A stretch of 64,000 nucleotides of DNA from Akkermansiaceae bacterium. GTDB lineage: Bacteria > Verrucomicrobiota > Verrucomicrobiia > Verrucomicrobiales > Akkermansiaceae. The notes beneath the pieces are model-generated. The model ran no database searches. It was given only the letters and a program-made list of their open reading frames with translations, and had not been told where the DNA came from. The DNA lies in the NCBI GenBank assembly GCA_051251915.1, contig JBPOGF010000003.1, forward strand, positions 1-64,000, written 5' to 3'. Positions 15,458 to 25,363 of the stretch are shown in pieces. Both the position numbers and the translations under genes were made by a program. Every line of letters starts with the position of its first letter. Position 1 is the first letter of the stretch.

Positions 15458-16432
15458 ATGCGCATACTTACGGGACTTCAGCCTAGTGGTAAGCTTCATA
15501 TAGGGAACTATTTTGGAGCTATGGAACCTGCTGTTCAACTTCAGGATCAGGGGGAGGCATTTTATTTTATACCAGACTATCATGCGATGACTTCGATGAC
15601 GGATGCAGCTTCTCTGCGTGCGAATGTCCAGAATTTGGCAATCGATTTTTTGGCTTGTGGAATGGATCCTGAGAAAGCGACCATTTTCCGGCAGAGTGGT
15701 ATTCCGGAGGTGAATGAACTGGCTTGGATTCTTTCAACGGTTTGTCCGATGGGGATGCTTCAGCGTTGCCATTCATATAAAGATAAGGTGGAGAAGGGAC
15801 TGGATGCGAATCATGCATTGTTTGCTTATCCGGTATTGATGGCAGCAGATATTTTGCTTTATGATGCTAACTTGGTTCCGGTAGGTAAGGATCAGCAGCA
15901 GCATCTTGAGGTGACTCGTGATCTGGCAGGGAAGATGAATGATAAGTTTGGTGAGGGGACTATTGTAGTGCCTGACGCGCAGATCAAGGAAGGCACAGGA
16001 GTGGTTCCTGGTATTGATGGTCAGAAGATGAGTAAGAGTTACGGGAATACTATTCCTCTTACTGGTGGCAAGAAGGCGATACGGAAGACGATTATGAAGA
16101 TAGTGACGACTTCTCATGAGGTGGCGGAAGCGAAGCCTACTGATGGTTCTACGGTGATTGCGCTTTATAAGTTATTTGCTGATGAGGCGGCGTTGCAGAC
16201 GATGATCGATGAGCACGGATTCACTGGTGAAGAAGGCAAGGGTTATGGGCATTTCAAGCAGCAGCTATTCGATGCTTACTGGGAGAAATTTGAGCCAGTG
16301 AGAGCGAAACGTGAGGAGCTGGAAGGGAATCTGGATTATGTCCATGATGTGCTAGCTAAAGGTGCTATGAAGGCGCGTGAGGAGTCTACAAAGGTGCTTG
16401 ACCGCGTGCGTAGAGCTGTGGGTCTTCGTTAA
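15458..16432 (+). CDS. trpS: Tryptophan--tRNA ligase
   Basis: TGLQPSGKLHIGN (HIGH-like), YPVLMAADIL, VPVGKDQ and KMSKS. Confidence 0.97.
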   Translation: MRILTGLQPSGKLHIGNYFGAMEPAVQLQDQGEAFYFIPDYHAMTSMTDAASLRANVQNLAIDFLACGMDPEKATIFRQSGIPEVNELAWILSTVCPMGMLQRCHSYKDKVEKGLDANHALFAYPVLMAADILLYDANLVPVGKDQQQHLEVTRDLAGKMNDKFGEGTIVVPDAQIKEGTGVVPGIDGQKMSKSYGNTIPLTGGKKAIRKTIMKIVTTSHEVAEAKPTDGSTVIALYKLFADEAALQTMIDEHGFTGEEGKGYGHFKQQLFDAYWEKFEPVRAKREELEGNLDYVHDVLAKGAMKAREESTKVLDRVRRAVGLR

Positions 16433-16480
16433 TTTGCCTCTTTACATCTAAGCGAGATGTTAGAGTCTGTCTATTGCGGT

Positions 16481-17848
16481 ATGAAAGAGGAACTGAAGAT
16501 ATTCAACGATATCGTTGATGAGCTATTGAAGCTGGAAGAAGTTGATCCTGTGGTGAAGCTAGGTGCGCCAGAGAAGATGGTGCAGAAGTTTGATATATCG
16601 GTGGGGGATGATCCGATGTCTGAAGAAGATTTCCGAGCTGTGCTGGGTAATGTGGTGCTGAACACTCCGCGGACTGCAAGTCGGTCATTTTTTAATCAAC
16701 TCTTTGGAGGTAGGATGCCAGCAGCGACTTTGGGGGAACTACTTTCGGTGATGCTGAATATCAGCATGTATACTTACAAGGTAGGTGGTCCGAATGTGGG
16801 TATAGAAACGGAGCTGACCCAGCAACTATGTAGGCGGATAGGGTATCCGGATTTTGGTAGCGGTGGCACGTTTGCACCAGGTGGCTCGATGAGTAATTTC
16901 ATGTCAATGTTGATGGCGCGTGATGCTTGTGATTCTGAGATTAAGGAAATGGGTATGCGTAAGCAGCTTGTTATTTACACTTCACAAGAGGCACATTATT
17001 CCGTTGCTAAAAATGCGATGTTTTCTGGTATTGGCAGAGAGAATATACGTTATCTTCCAGTGAATGATCGCGGACAGATTGAGACTAGTCTGTTAGAAAA
17101 TATGATCATTCAGGATAGGGATAATGGTCTTCATCCATGCTTGATTAATGCTACTGCTGGAACGACAGTTTTAGGTGCTTTTGATGATCTTGATACACTA
17201 GGTGATATAGCCAAAAGACAACATGTTTGGTTCCATGTGGATGGTGCCTACGGTGGCAGTGTGATCTTTAGTGAGAAGTATAAACACTTGGTTAAAGGGT
17301 TAGAAAAAAGTGACTCGTTCACGATTAATCCTCACAAAATGTTAGGCACTCCTTTGTCTTGCTCAATGATTGTCACTAGGCATAAACAGCAGCTGTTAGA
17401 TTCCTTTTCTCAGGATGCTAGCTATTTGTATCAGGGTGATAGTGATGATTATAATCTTGGTAAAACTTCACTCCAGTGCGGGAGGAGAAACGATGCTTTC
17501 AAGTTCTGGACGCTTTGGAAATCCATAGGTACAAATGGGCTGGAGAAAATTATTGATCAGCTTTTTCACTTAGCAGACGTGGCACGTGAGTATGTGCGGA
17601 AGCATCCAGATTACACACTTTATAGCTTTGAAGAATCAACGGCAATTTGTTTCAACTATAAGGCTATACCAGCTGATAAGATCTGTAATGCGCTTTCGAA
17701 AAAGGGTAAACTTATGGTTGGTTATGGATTGTTCAAAGAAGATACTTTTGTTAGATTTGTAACTGTGAACTCACTTCTTACAGAAGGTGATATTGTTCGT
17801 TTCTTCGATCAGTTTGAGGAGTTTGCAGCTAGCTATGATTTTGATTAG
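16481..17848 (+). CDS. Group II PLP-dependent decarboxylase (GAD/CSAD-like)
   Basis: FFNQLFGG, ATAGTTVLGAFD, HVDGAYGG, NPHK (PLP lysine) and LQCGRR. The likely start is MKEEL at 16481. Confidence 0.88.
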   Translation: MKEELKIFNDIVDELLKLEEVDPVVKLGAPEKMVQKFDISVGDDPMSEEDFRAVLGNVVLNTPRTASRSFFNQLFGGRMPAATLGELLSVMLNISMYTYKVGGPNVGIETELTQQLCRRIGYPDFGSGGTFAPGGSMSNFMSMLMARDACDSEIKEMGMRKQLVIYTSQEAHYSVAKNAMFSGIGRENIRYLPVNDRGQIETSLLENMIIQDRDNGLHPCLINATAGTTVLGAFDDLDTLGDIAKRQHVWFHVDGAYGGSVIFSEKYKHLVKGLEKSDSFTINPHKMLGTPLSCSMIVTRHKQQLLDSFSQDASYLYQGDSDDYNLGKTSLQCGRRNDAFKFWTLWKSIGTNGLEKIIDQLFHLADVAREYVRKHPDYTLYSFEESTAICFNYKAIPADKICNALSKKGKLMVGYGLFKEDTFVRFVTVNSLLTEGDIVRFFDQFEEFAASYDFD

Positions 17849-17859
17849 ATGATGAGCCT

Positions 17860-18393
17860 ATGAAGAGAATCATCGATCTAGTTTTCTCTGCTACTGGTTT
17901 GGTTCTATTGGTTCCTGTATTGTTTATTGTTACTTGCATTATTCTTCTGTTAGAGAGGGAATCACCGTTATTTATTCAAGCAAGACTGGGAAGAAATAAG
18001 CGAAGTTTTCAGATCTATAAATTCCGAACGATGCTTGATGGTGAGATCACGAGCATTGGAAGGATTTTGAGGAAAACGGGGATTGATGAGTTGCCACAGT
18101 TAGTGAATGTTTTGCTAGGAGATATGAGCTTTGTGGGGCCACGGCCATTGTTAGAGTCTGATATAGTAAGGCTTGGCTGGACTGGTGAGTATTATGCTAG
18201 ACGTTGGGATGTGCGACCTGGGATCACGGGATTAGCTCAGCTTGGATCTAAATGTCATAAGAAATTTACTTGGCTTCATGATAGATATTATGTGGAAAAT
18301 GCGTCTTTATGTTTAGACATAAAACTTCTATGTTTGTCGTTCGGCGTTCCATTTTTAGGTAAAGCCACGGTCAAAAAACTTATCCATAAATAG
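17860..18393 (+). CDS. Monotopic phosphoglycosyl transferase (PglC-type bacterial sugar transferase)
   Basis: KRIIDL, YKFRTM, IDELPQLVNVLLGDMSFVGPRP and PGITGLAQ. Confidence 0.9.
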   Translation: MKRIIDLVFSATGLVLLVPVLFIVTCIILLLERESPLFIQARLGRNKRSFQIYKFRTMLDGEITSIGRILRKTGIDELPQLVNVLLGDMSFVGPRPLLESDIVRLGWTGEYYARRWDVRPGITGLAQLGSKCHKKFTWLHDRYYVENASLCLDIKLLCLSFGVPFLGKATVKKLIHK

Positions 18394-18400
18394 CTCAATC

Positions 18401-19414
18401 ATGAATATACTCGTCAACGGAATGGGAAACATAGGCACAACGTTGGTGCATTTGTTAGTGGAGTATACTGAGCTGTTAGGCATTGAAAATATTTACCTCT
18501 ACAAGCGTTCGATACAACCATGGAATGAAGCTGAGAGGGTTCATTTGGAATCACTAGACGTTATTCTTTGTTCTTCAGAAGCCTGTGGAAACATTGCTTG
18601 TTTAGACGATGTGTTAGGTGTAGTGGATTACATTTTTGAAGCTGCTGCTAACGGGGTGGGGTTAGCTAATCTTGAGAGATATCAGGAACTGTCTCGGCTT
18701 AAGGGAAGCTGTGCTCAGGGTAGTGAAAAGGGTTTTGGTATTCCGTTTATGAGCGGGGTAAATGATGCCCAGGTAGTGGGGGAGAAGTTTGTGAATGTGG
18801 TGTCTTGCAATACGCATGGGACGGCGGCAATTTTGAGCACGTTTACAGGTAAGTATTTGGAGAATTTAAAGCAAGCTGACGTCGTTGTAGTGAGGAGATC
18901 TGAGGATTTAGCGAATCATGCACGCTTGGTGTCTGGAAACGTAGTGGCGAGGCATCTGAGCCCATTAACTGGCACGCACCATGCGATCGATGTGGTGGAT
19001 ATGTATGAGACTGTAGGTATTGATTGTTCGTTGACTTCATCAGATATCACTACGCCGAGTCAGTTGACTCATTCTGTTAGATTCAATATTGATCTTAAGG
19101 AGCCTCTAAAGGAAAGTATCGGTGATCTCATTGATGCTAATCCTTATGTGGCTAAGACGCGGAAGTTTGATTCTAATATTCTGTTTGAAGAGGGGAGACG
19201 TCATGGGTTTCAAGGTAGGCTTTACTCACACGCGATCGTAGTGATGGATAATTTCTTGGTGACTGAAACCAGTCTTAAGGGGTGGGCATTTGTGCCACAG
19301 GAGGGGAATAGCATTCTCTCCACGTTGCATGCTTTTATGCTCCAAATGGAGCTAGAGAATACAGAGAAAGTTCTAGGTGTACTTCAGAAAGCGCTATTAC
19401 GTGGAGAGTGGTAA
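18401..19414 (+). CDS. Archaeal-type (class II) GAPDH-like NAD(P)-dependent dehydrogenase
   Basis: VNGMGNIG Rossmann motif, AQGSEK, catalytic VVSCNT, RRSED, THHAIDV and QEGN. Confidence 0.7.
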   Translation: MNILVNGMGNIGTTLVHLLVEYTELLGIENIYLYKRSIQPWNEAERVHLESLDVILCSSEACGNIACLDDVLGVVDYIFEAAANGVGLANLERYQELSRLKGSCAQGSEKGFGIPFMSGVNDAQVVGEKFVNVVSCNTHGTAAILSTFTGKYLENLKQADVVVVRRSEDLANHARLVSGNVVARHLSPLTGTHHAIDVVDMYETVGIDCSLTSSDITTPSQLTHSVRFNIDLKEPLKESIGDLIDANPYVAKTRKFDSNILFEEGRRHGFQGRLYSHAIVVMDNFLVTETSLKGWAFVPQEGNSILSTLHAFMLQMELENTEKVLGVLQKALLRGEW

Positions 19415-19441
19415 TTATATTCTTATGTAAAGCTCTAGCTG

Positions 19442-19696
19442 CTATGCGATGATCCAGTGACTTACAAGTTTGGAGATGGCGCCTAATCCTATGAAGGAAA
19501 AGGCGATCACGGTGGCGCAACCTGGGCCTGAGTTCGAGGCTCCAGATTGGGCTTTGGCTTTTTGCCAGGCTTCATTTTCTTTGAGGTTTGATCTGCAGTG
19601 GGGGCAGATGTTTGCCTCTTGGGAGATGGTTTCACGGCACTCTGGACAGTGTGCCGATCTACCTTGATGTGATACGTATTTTTTGAAGACGCTCAT
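19442..19696 (-). CDS. Zinc-ribbon small protein with a C-terminal TM helix
   Basis: CPECRETI..EANICPHC. Confidence 0.7.
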   Translation of the reverse strand: MSVFKKYVSHQGRSAHCPECRETISQEANICPHCRSNLKENEAWQKAKAQSGASNSGPGCATVIAFSFIGLGAISKLVSHWIIA

Positions 19697-19705
19697 CTAT
19701 TTAGC

Positions 19706-20701
19706 CTATGCTTTAGCTGGTGTGATGCTGAGCACTTTCTCTACGATCTTGGCCGGTGTAGGGAGCTGTTCGTCCTCGATAGCTGGGGCGTAGATGGCTG
19801 GGGCATCTAGGCTGGTGACTCGCTTGATCGGTGCATCCAGGTAGTCAAACGCGTGTTCCTGGATGAGGGTGATGATCTGAGCGGAGACTCCACAGAATGG
19901 TTTGCTTTCATCAACCATGACTGCGCGGTTGGTTTTCTTAACCGAGTTAATAATGGCGTCTTGATCGAGTGGGCGGATAGAGCGGAGGTCAACGACTTCT
20001 GCGCTGATTCCGTGTTTTTCCTGAAGGATTTCTGCTGCTGCGAGTGCTTGGAGTGTGGAGCGTCCGTGTGAGACGAGTGTGACGTCTGTGCCTTCTCGCT
20101 TAATGTCTGCGACACCGAGTGGGATGGTGAAGTCACCTTCTGATGGCTCTGGGACTGGGCCTTTCATACCGTAGAGAAGGGTGTTTTCCATGACGTAGAC
20201 TGGGTCGTTGTCACGGATGGCAGATTTCATGAGCCCTTTGGCGTCAGCTGGTGTGGCTGGTGAGACGACTTTGAGTCCAGGAAATGCTGCGAATAGTCCT
20301 TCTGGTGTGTGTGAGTGGGTGGCTCCTACATTGGTGCCGCCATTGGCTGGGCCACGGACGACGATAGGGCAGTTGCACTTACCACCTGACATGTAGCGGA
20401 CATTGGCTGCGTTGTTCACTAGCTGATCAAATGCCACGGAGTGGAATGACCAGAACATGAGCTCCATGACTGGGCGGACGCCGAGCATGGATGCACCGAT
20501 TCCCATACCGATAAATCCAGCTTCTGAGATGGGTGTGTCGACGATGCGTTTGTCTCCCCATTTTTCCCAGAGTCCTTGGGTGACTTTGTAGGCACCATTG
20601 TATTGGGCAACTTCTTCACCCATGATGACTACATTTTCGTCGCGTTCTAGCTCTTCATCAAAGGCTTCGCGGAGGGCGTGTCTGTATTCTATTTCTCTCA
20701 T
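19706..20701 (-). CDS. pdhB: Pyruvate dehydrogenase E1 beta subunit
   Basis: GEEVAQYNGAYKVT, DTPISE and EVVDLRSIRPLD. Confidence 0.92.
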   Translation of the reverse strand: MREIEYRHALREAFDEELERDENVVIMGEEVAQYNGAYKVTQGLWEKWGDKRIVDTPISEAGFIGMGIGASMLGVRPVMELMFWSFHSVAFDQLVNNAANVRYMSGGKCNCPIVVRGPANGGTNVGATHSHTPEGLFAAFPGLKVVSPATPADAKGLMKSAIRDNDPVYVMENTLLYGMKGPVPEPSEGDFTIPLGVADIKREGTDVTLVSHGRSTLQALAAAEILQEKHGISAEVVDLRSIRPLDQDAIINSVKKTNRAVMVDESKPFCGVSAQIITLIQEHAFDYLDAPIKRVTSLDAPAIYAPAIEDEQLPTPAKIVEKVLSITPAKA

Positions 20702-20713
20702 GTTCTTAAAAGG

Positions 20714-21787
20714 TTAATCGTTGAAAAAGTGGCGACCTGTGTTGCCGGCTTCGGTGTTATTGTCTACTTCCCAGTAGACGTCATCGAAGATGGATGAGAC
20801 TGGTGGGTCTTCCGCTGCTTCAGCAAATGCGACTGCTGCGGCAGCTTCTTTTTTGGCATCGGTGTCTATTTCCTTGGCAGATTCTTCTGTGAGGATGCCC
20901 TCTTCGATCATGCGATTTTTCCAGAGGTTGACTGGGTCATGATTCTTTTTATACTCGGTGATCTCCTCAGGGGTGCGGTATTTCTTGTGGTTAGCATCGG
21001 CTACTGAGTGGCCGAAGTATCTGTAGGTGGCGATCTCTAGGATGGTAGGTTTAGACTCGTTGTGGGCACGATCGATGGCGATCTGTGTTTTAGCGCGGAC
21101 TTCATAGATGTCTTCACCGTTTACGATATCCCAAGCCATGTCGTATGCTTCTGCACGCTGTGCGAGGCAGTCTTTGTATGCGCTGGAGCGTTTCTGGCTG
21201 GTTCCCATGGAGTAGCCGTTGTTCTCGATGATGTAGATGACTGGGATGTCGTGAAGTTCTGCAATGTTGAGTGACTCGTGGAAGGCTCCTTGGTTGATGG
21301 CTCCGTCACCGAGGTAGCAGAGGCAGCATCCTTTGAGGCCTTTGTATTTGAGTCCATAGGCTAGACCGAGTCCGAGGGGAGTCTGTCCGCCTACGATTCC
21401 GTGACCGCCCCAGAAGTTTTTCTCTGGGTCGAAGAAGTGCATGGAGCCGCCTTTGCCTTTAGAACAGCCTGAGTATTTACCGAAGAGTTCAGCCATGCAT
21501 TCATTCATTTCCATACCACATGCTAAGGCGTGGGCGTGGCAACGGTAGGCGGTGATGACGTGGTCATTTTCTCCACAGAGTGAGATGGTGCCAGTGGCTA
21601 CGGATTCTTGTCCGATGTAGAGGTGGAGGAAACCACCCATTTTACCCTGAGAATATGGCTTCTGGGTGCCTTGTTCGAATCGGCGCATTCTGGTGAGTGT
21701 GCGGTAGATGTCGATCTTGTCTTCAGGGGTAAGCTTTTGGTTGATGGCGTATCCGGAGTAATCTGGAGATGTTGGAATCATATTCAT
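20714..21787 (-). CDS. pdhA: Pyruvate dehydrogenase E1 alpha subunit
   Basis: GFLHLYIGQE, GKGGSMH, GDGAINQG and TYRYFGHS. Confidence 0.95.
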   Translation of the reverse strand: MNMIPTSPDYSGYAINQKLTPEDKIDIYRTLTRMRRFEQGTQKPYSQGKMGGFLHLYIGQESVATGTISLCGENDHVITAYRCHAHALACGMEMNECMAELFGKYSGCSKGKGGSMHFFDPEKNFWGGHGIVGGQTPLGLGLAYGLKYKGLKGCCLCYLGDGAINQGAFHESLNIAELHDIPVIYIIENNGYSMGTSQKRSSAYKDCLAQRAEAYDMAWDIVNGEDIYEVRAKTQIAIDRAHNESKPTILEIATYRYFGHSVADANHKKYRTPEEITEYKKNHDPVNLWKNRMIEEGILTEESAKEIDTDAKKEAAAAVAFAEAAEDPPVSSIFDDVYWEVDNNTEAGNTGRHFFND

Positions 21788-21841
21788 AGGTGATAAAGTG
21801 TTATCAGAGTCGGTTAGAGGTAAATTAGTATGTTGGGAGGA

Positions 21842-22423
21842 TTAAGCAGTTTGCGTGATGAGCTTGAACTGGGTTGCCTTTTGAATGGTAGGTATAGACA
21901 TGGCTACGAGAAATAGTGCGGTGCCGAGAGAGTTTGCTACGAGACTATTTCTGAAGAATGTGTAAGTAGGCGTGCCGTGAGTGGGAGCTGGAGAACCTGT
22001 CCACATGCATTGGATATATCCATCTAGCGTCTTAGCGTAGACAGGATCTACGATGAATGCTGCGGTGTTGGTGACTAGGTAGAAGGCTGTGGCTCCGAGA
22101 ATAGTACCGAAGATGAGCTTGCCTACGGACTTACCAGCAAACTTGAGTCCGATACCAACTACCACTGCGAATGCTAAAAGAGTGACTAGGGTGGCGGAGT
22201 GGAATGGGTATCCTTGGATGAGATTGACAATAGGGCTGGATATGAGCCAGACGGCTAGAGCAGTAGGGAGCATCCATTTATTGGATTTCCAGAATGCGGC
22301 ACCACAGAAGAGTAAAGCGGCTACGGGGGAGAAGTTAGCAAGATCAGGCTGGCTGGCAGTGATGATGCGGAACACGATAAAGATCGTGGCTACTAGTATG
22401 GCGGCTATCCAAGGGCGTTTCAT
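21842..22423 (-). CDS. DUF6580-like putative membrane transporter
   Basis: NFSPVAALL and FYLVTN..F...Y.KT..G..QC motifs in a multi-TM protein. The start is MKRPW at 22423. Confidence 0.7.
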   Translation of the reverse strand: MKRPWIAAILVATIFIVFRIITASQPDLANFSPVAALLFCGAAFWKSNKWMLPTALAVWLISSPIVNLIQGYPFHSATLVTLLAFAVVVGIGLKFAGKSVGKLIFGTILGATAFYLVTNTAAFIVDPVYAKTLDGYIQCMWTGSPAPTHGTPTYTFFRNSLVANSLGTALFLVAMSIPTIQKATQFKLITQTA

Positions 22424-22488
22424 AGAGCAGAATATAAAGACATTATTAGCATTGAGCAAAGACATTTTAATCTAAATCTGCATAGAGG

Positions 22489-22504
22489 TGTTCCACGTGG
22501 AACA
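22489..22504. promoter_or_regulatory. parS centromere site 1
   Basis: Perfect palindrome TGTTCCACGTGGAACA. Confidence 0.9.
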
Positions 22505-22545
22505 CTTGCTATAGGCTCTGATTTTTTTAGGTGCTGTGGATAGAA

Positions 22546-22561
22546 AGTTCCACGTGGAACA
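22546..22561. promoter_or_regulatory. parS centromere site 2
   Basis: AGTTCCACGTGGAACA, with a DnaA-like TGTGGATAG adjacent at 22535-22543. Confidence 0.85.
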
Positions 22562-22640
22562 TCAATAACTGGTATAACTAAACGATCTAATGATCAAGAC
22601 ATTAGTTGACCAAATGGTCTACTGGGACTATGAATTTGTC

Positions 22641-24500
22641 ATGTTTAAGTATCCAAAGAAGTATGATGTTCTGGTCATTGGGGCTGGTCATGCAGGTGTA
22701 GAGGCAGCATTAGCGGCAGCTCGTATGGGCAGCTCTGTGGCGATGCTTACCCAGAACTTGGATACTATAGGGGCGATGTCATGTAACCCGGCTATTGGTG
22801 GTTTGGCGAAGGGTCATATGGTGCGTGAGATTGATGCATTAGGTGGGGCGATGGGGTTAAATACGGATGCTACGGCGATTCAATGGAGGATGCTGAACCA
22901 GACTAGGGGTCCATCTGTGAGAGCTCCGCGTGCGCAGTGTGATAAGAAGGCGTATCAATTTAGGATGAAACATTTGGTGGAAAGCGCACCGAACTTGGAT
23001 TTGCATCAAGGCAATGTGGCGGAGATTATGGTGGAGGGTGGAGTAGTGCTAGGGATAAGGACGAGTTTGCAGATGGAGATATGTGCGAGTTCTGTGATTT
23101 TGAGTGCAGGGACATTTATGCGTGGGTTGATGCATGTGGGCTTGAAAAATGAGCATGGGGGGAGAATGGGTGATGCGATTTCTACGGTGAGTGATAGTTT
23201 GAAGGATTTGGGATTTGAGGTGGAGAGATTTAAGACGGGGACGCCTTGTCGGATCAATGGGAGATCGATTGATTTCTCTAAGTGTGAGAAGCAGGCTGGT
23301 GATAGTCCTATACCTAAGTTTTCCTACATGGCTTATACCTTGGTGCGTGAGCCGAATGATATTTTCACATTGAATCCATGGGGAGATGAAAAGTTCCACG
23401 TGGAACAAGTGCCGTGCTGGATCACGTATACGAACCCTCAGACACATGACGTGATCCGGGAGAACCTGCATCAGTCGCCGATGTATTCTGGGAAGATTGA
23501 GGGTGTGGGCCCGCGCTACTGTCCGAGTATTGAAGACAAGGTGGTGAAGTTTGCGGAGAAGGATAGGCATCAGGTATTCCTTGAGCCTGAGGGTAGGCAC
23601 ACACTGGAGTACTATGTAAATGGTGTTTCTACTTCGTTGCCGTATGATGTGCAGTTGGATTTTATAAGGTCTATTGAGGGGTTAGAGAATGCTGAGATTA
23701 TTCGTCCAGGTTATGCAGTGGAGTATGATTATTGTCCACCTACGCAGTTGTTGCCAACTTTGGAAACGAAGCTGGTGGAGAATTTATTTTTCGCAGGGCA
23801 GATTAATGGGACTTCGGGTTATGAGGAGGCTGCGGCACAGGGCTTGATGGCTGGGGTGAATGCGGTGCTGAAAGTGCGTGGGGAAGAGCCATTTATTTTG
23901 GGTAGGGATGAGGCATATATTGGGGTCATGATCGACGACTTGGTGACGAAGGGTTGCACTGAGCCTTATCGGATGTTTACGAGTAGGGCTGAGTATCGCT
24001 TACTGTTACGTCAGGATAATGCTGATCTGAGGCTTACGCCGAAGGCGGCTGAGCGCGGGATAGTGACTGAGGAGAGAAAATTGCGTACTGAGGAGAAGAT
24101 AGCAACCTTGGCTGAAGCGGCAGAGTTTGTCCGTACTACGACGCATGAGCGTATGCGTCTGGATGCTTGGTTCCGAAGACAAGAGAATACTTGGGAGATG
24201 CTGCCAGAAGAGTTTAAGGCGAAGTTCGATGATGAGCTATGGCCTATCATAGAGACAGATTTCAAGTATTCTGGGCATCTTGAGCGACAACAGAGGCAGG
24301 TGGATAGGGTGTCTAAGATGGATAACAAGAAAATACCACAATCTATTGAATATAAAGAAGTTACTGGACTTAAAAACGAAGCCAAGCAGTTGCTTGAGAA
24401 GATTCGACCGCTGACTATAGGTCAGGCGGGGAGGATCTCTGGGATTACACCGGCAGATCTGGCTATTGTTTCGATCTGGGTGGAGAAGATGGAGAGGTAG
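22641..24500 (+). CDS. mnmG: tRNA uridine-5-carboxymethylaminomethyl modification enzyme MnmG/GidA
   Basis: GAGHAGVEA, MSCNPAIGG, GPRYCPSIEDK and AGQINGTSGYEEAAAQG. The start is MFKYPK at 22641. Confidence 0.97.
   Translation: MFKYPKKYDVLVIGAGHAGVEAALAAARMGSSVAMLTQNLDTIGAMSCNPAIGGLAKGHMVREIDALGGAMGLNTDATAIQWRMLNQTRGPSVRAPRAQCDKKAYQFRMKHLVESAPNLDLHQGNVAEIMVEGGVVLGIRTSLQMEICASSVILSAGTFMRGLMHVGLKNEHGGRMGDAISTVSDSLKDLGFEVERFKTGTPCRINGRSIDFSKCEKQAGDSPIPKFSYMAYTLVREPNDIFTLNPWGDEKFHVEQVPCWITYTNPQTHDVIRENLHQSPMYSGKIEGVGPRYCPSIEDKVVKFAEKDRHQVFLEPEGRHTLEYYVNGVSTSLPYDVQLDFIRSIEGLENAEIIRPGYAVEYDYCPPTQLLPTLETKLVENLFFAGQINGTSGYEEAAAQGLMAGVNAVLKVRGEEPFILGRDEAYIGVMIDDLVTKGCTEPYRMFTSRAEYRLLLRQDNADLRLTPKAAERGIVTEERKLRTEEKIATLAEAAEFVRTTTHERMRLDAWFRRQENTWEMLPEEFKAKFDDELWPIIETDFKYSGHLERQQRQVDRVSKMDNKKIPQSIEYKEVTGLKNEAKQLLEKIRPLTIGQAGRISGITPADLAIVSIWVEKMER
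23392..23407. promoter_or_regulatory. parS site 3, inside the mnmG coding sequence
   Basis: AGTTCCACGTGGAACA, read in frame as KFHVEQ. Confidence 0.8.
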
Positions 24501-24560
24501 GGTGTCAGTTATTGGTGGTAAAGTGGATTGGGTTTGATGGCTGTTAGTGATTAGATTTGT

Positions 24561-24821
24561 TTGATGATAGATGACCCTTATGAAACCCCTAAAACTCGGT
24601 GTGAGGAGTTAGAGAGTGAGAGCTTGAGTAGTAAACGAGGTTGTAGGGAACCTATGATTGGTTGTGGGGTTGGGGGATGTTTGCTACCTTTAGTAATGAT
24701 GGTGTTGGGCGGTATCTTTAGTGCTCCTGGTGGTGGGAGCCCATTTGGATACCTGTTCATTTGTTGTATTCTGGGAGGCGTTGGATTTATTGTAGGTTTT
24801 GCATTTCAGCCTAGGAAGTGA
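24561..24821 (+). CDS. Small membrane protein with a DPYETP N-terminal motif
   Basis: Two TM helices; paralogue of 25364-25621. Confidence 0.65.
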   Translation: MMIDDPYETPKTRCEELESESLSSKRGCREPMIGCGVGGCLLPLVMMVLGGIFSAPGGGSPFGYLFICCILGGVGFIVGFAFQPRK

Positions 24822-24945
24822 TTGAACGGAGCAAGATCTGACGGGTGAACTTCAAATAGCTAGAATAACCTGGAGAGTACCATACGAAAAACATTTAACA
24901 TTCTCTACTAGTTTAAAGCTCAGTAGAACCTTCTCCTATCAGCTA

Positions 24946-25263
24946 TTAGCATTTTCTGGCTATGAGGAGGCTAATTAGGAGTACGAAGCTGATACTTAGA
25001 TATAGTGAGACTCTGTTTGTAGGGTTATTTAAATCTAGGAGTTCTTCGTCTTTGGAGGTGAGACTTAAGTGGTATAGTGAGAGGACTGGGCGAACAATGA
25101 GCTGTCCTATACCGAAAAGGGTAGCTCCGACTAAGCAGGTGAAAAGGGCGGTGACGAATGTTAGGTAAATGGATTTTAGAAGACTGTGACCTGATAGATA
25201 GATGATGATGACGCAGGTGATGGGAAGTGTGATTCGTATTACATTGAGCGTGATTTTTTTCAT
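24946..25263 (-). CDS. Small membrane protein
   Basis: About three hydrophobic helices. The likely start is MKKITL at 25263. Confidence 0.55.
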   Translation of the reverse strand: MKKITLNVIRITLPITCVIIIYLSGHSLLKSIYLTFVTALFTCLVGATLFGIGQLIVRPVLSLYHLSLTSKDEELLDLNNPTNRVSLYLSISFVLLISLLIARKC

Positions 25264-25363
25264 GGAGATAGCTGTTATGGCGCGATTAGGCTTGGAATGA
25301 TTTAAGGTCAATGCTCTGCTTTTAGTATGTTAGATGTCAAGAAAGTGAACTTGAGAATGATAA

